64,000 bases of DNA from contig OY970325.1 of NCBI GenBank assembly GCA_963717145.1, forward strand, positions 3,200,001 to 3,264,000, written 5' to 3'. Positions 62,470 through 64,000 of this stretch are shown piece after piece. The translations under genes were made by a program, and so were the position numbers. The notes beneath the pieces were generated by a model. The model saw only the letters and a list, made by a program, of their open reading frames with translations, was not told where the DNA came from and ran no database searches. Every line of letters begins with the position of its first letter. The first letter of the stretch is position 1. Origin of the DNA: an uncultured Armatimonadetes bacterium. GTDB lineage: Bacteria; Armatimonadota; UBA5829; DTJY01.

Positions 62470-63462
62470 ATGATTATCGCATCGTCTCCGGGAAGAGCCG
62501 GCATCGTCGGCAACCCAACTGATATGTACGGCGGCAGTATGATCGCATGCTCCATCGGCGAGCGGGCCTATTGCAGGCTTGGAACGGCCGGGGAGATGGT
62601 CTTCCGGATCGACTCCGACTCCATGCGTGTCACCTCAGGGGATATGCTGAGGCTCGACGGAGGCCGTTTCGATCTCATGAAGGCCGCCGTCTACGCGCTT
62701 GACATCGACCCGGCGACAGCCGCTCCCTTCTCGCTCGAAGTTTGGACGGAGATCCCCGAGCAGGCGGGCCTCGCGGGCTCGACGGCTCTCCTCGCCGCGA
62801 TCATGGGCTGTCTGATCGAGCACCTCGGAATGCGACTGGACCCATATCAGACGGCCGAGAAGATCAGGAAGGTCGAGTGGGATATCATGGACATCACCTG
62901 CGGCTACCAGGACCACTATATGACGGTCTTCGGCGGGCTGAACTACATGGATTTCCGTGGCAAAGAGATGATGCGCCAGGACGCCGACGAGCCGTATGCC
63001 ACCATCGAATGCCTCAGCAGGTTCCAAGACGATCTGCCGATGATCCTCGCGCACACCGGGGTGAAGCGGTTCTCCGGCGGAGTGCACAGAAACATCCGTG
63101 ACCGCTGGCTGGAGGGCGAGAAGCAGGTCATCGATGCATATCGGCGGATTGCTCACCTCGGCAGGCTTGGCAAGAAGGCATTGCTCGCACAGGATTGGGA
63201 CTCACTCGCGGACCTGATGAACGAGAACCATGCGATCCAACGCGATCTGGGCGGCTCGGGAGAGGCCAACGAGAAGCTGATCGAAGCCGCCATGGAGAGC
63301 GGTGCACTCGCAGCCAAGCTTGCGGGCGCAGGTCGCGGGGGCACAATCATTGCGCTCGGTAACGATCTTGTGCGGATGGAGGCAGGACTCGCGAGAGCAG
63401 GCGCGGAAAAGATACTGCGGCTCAAACCCTCAGAGGGGCTGACCGTCGAAAGGATGCGTTAG
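62470..63462 (+). CDS. GHMP sugar kinase (glucuronokinase-like N-terminus)
   Basis: PGRAGIVGNPTD, AGLAGSTA, GYQD, KLAGAGRGG. Confidence 0.8.
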   Translation: MIIASSPGRAGIVGNPTDMYGGSMIACSIGERAYCRLGTAGEMVFRIDSDSMRVTSGDMLRLDGGRFDLMKAAVYALDIDPATAAPFSLEVWTEIPEQAGLAGSTALLAAIMGCLIEHLGMRLDPYQTAEKIRKVEWDIMDITCGYQDHYMTVFGGLNYMDFRGKEMMRQDADEPYATIECLSRFQDDLPMILAHTGVKRFSGGVHRNIRDRWLEGEKQVIDAYRRIAHLGRLGKKALLAQDWDSLADLMNENHAIQRDLGGSGEANEKLIEAAMESGALAAKLAGAGRGGTIIALGNDLVRMEAGLARAGAEKILRLKPSEGLTVERMR

Positions 63463-63463
63463 T

Positions 63464-64000
63464 GTGATCGTAAGAAGCAAAGCGCCGGTGCGCGTAGACT
63501 TCGCAGGCGGCTGGACCGACGTCGATGTGTTCGCCAGAGGAGCCGGCGGCGCGGTAGTCAATGCGACGATAGACAAGTATGTTACCGGCAAGATGGAGAT
63601 ATTCGACAGCACCCCGAAGAGCGATGACACTGAATCCGAGGGGATCACGGTTTCGTATAGATCGGACCTGCCCTCAGGTTGCGGGCTCGGCACTTCTTCG
63701 TCGCTGAACGTTGTGTGGCTGAGCCTCATCAAGTCACAGATCTCCTCCGCAGACGACAGAAAGAAGATCGCGAACCTGGCTTACGACTTGGAGGCCATCC
63801 TCGGCATACTGGGCGGCAAGCAGGACCAGTATGCCAGCGCATTGGGCGGTTTCAACTTCATGGCTTTCGGTGACACCGTCGAGGTCGAGGAGATCGCGAT
63901 CTCCCCGGAAACGGTCGCTAAGCTGGAGGAGAGGCTCGTTCTTGCGTACACCGGTAAGCCGAGGCTATCCGGCAATATTCACGAGCATGTCTGGGGCGCG
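63464..64000 (+). CDS. GHMP sugar kinase (HddA-like), runs off the window end
   Basis: Own translation from GTG 63464: MIVRSKAPVRVDFAGGWTDV...GCGLGTSS...GGKQDQYA. Confidence 0.85.
   Translation, partial: MIVRSKAPVRVDFAGGWTDVDVFARGAGGAVVNATIDKYVTGKMEIFDSTPKSDDTESEGITVSYRSDLPSGCGLGTSSSLNVVWLSLIKSQISSADDRKKIANLAYDLEAILGILGGKQDQYASALGGFNFMAFGDTVEVEEIAISPETVAKLEERLVLAYTGKPRLSGNIHEHVWGA

Overview
GC-rich bacterial DNA from an anaerobe. The protein repertoire loosely suggests Armatimonadota; this is inference only. Positions 0.7-35.3 kb form one minus-strand C1/acetate supercluster. It holds Moco biosynthesis (MOSC-MogA, moaC, TSUP, moeA, moaA, mobA), a selenocysteine formate dehydrogenase with NuoE- and NuoF/GltD-type partners, and a near-complete Wood-Ljungdahl pathway (fhs, metF/metV, acsE/D/F/V/C/B, FNOR, cooF/S/C). 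It also holds pta, an acetyl-CoA synthetase with an N-terminal excisionase-type HTH, and an orphan nfnA-like gene. The right half carries a GH51 arabinofuranosidase, Lrp plus aminotransferase, a large secreted glycan-active protein, an orphan mraZ, tatD, GNAT and PIG-L genes, a sugar ABC transporter with three binding proteins, and an rml/heptose cluster with an IS3 element. A tRNA-Ser(GGA) and an encapsulin-cargo-like ferritin lie at the left end. Intergenic spaces are full of REP-like palindromes from several families, one of them inserted in frame inside moaA. Several genes carry frameshifts, probably assembly errors. Best novel candidate: the HTH-Acs fusion, whose own promoter carries three phased direct repeats, suggesting a self-regulating 'trigger enzyme'.
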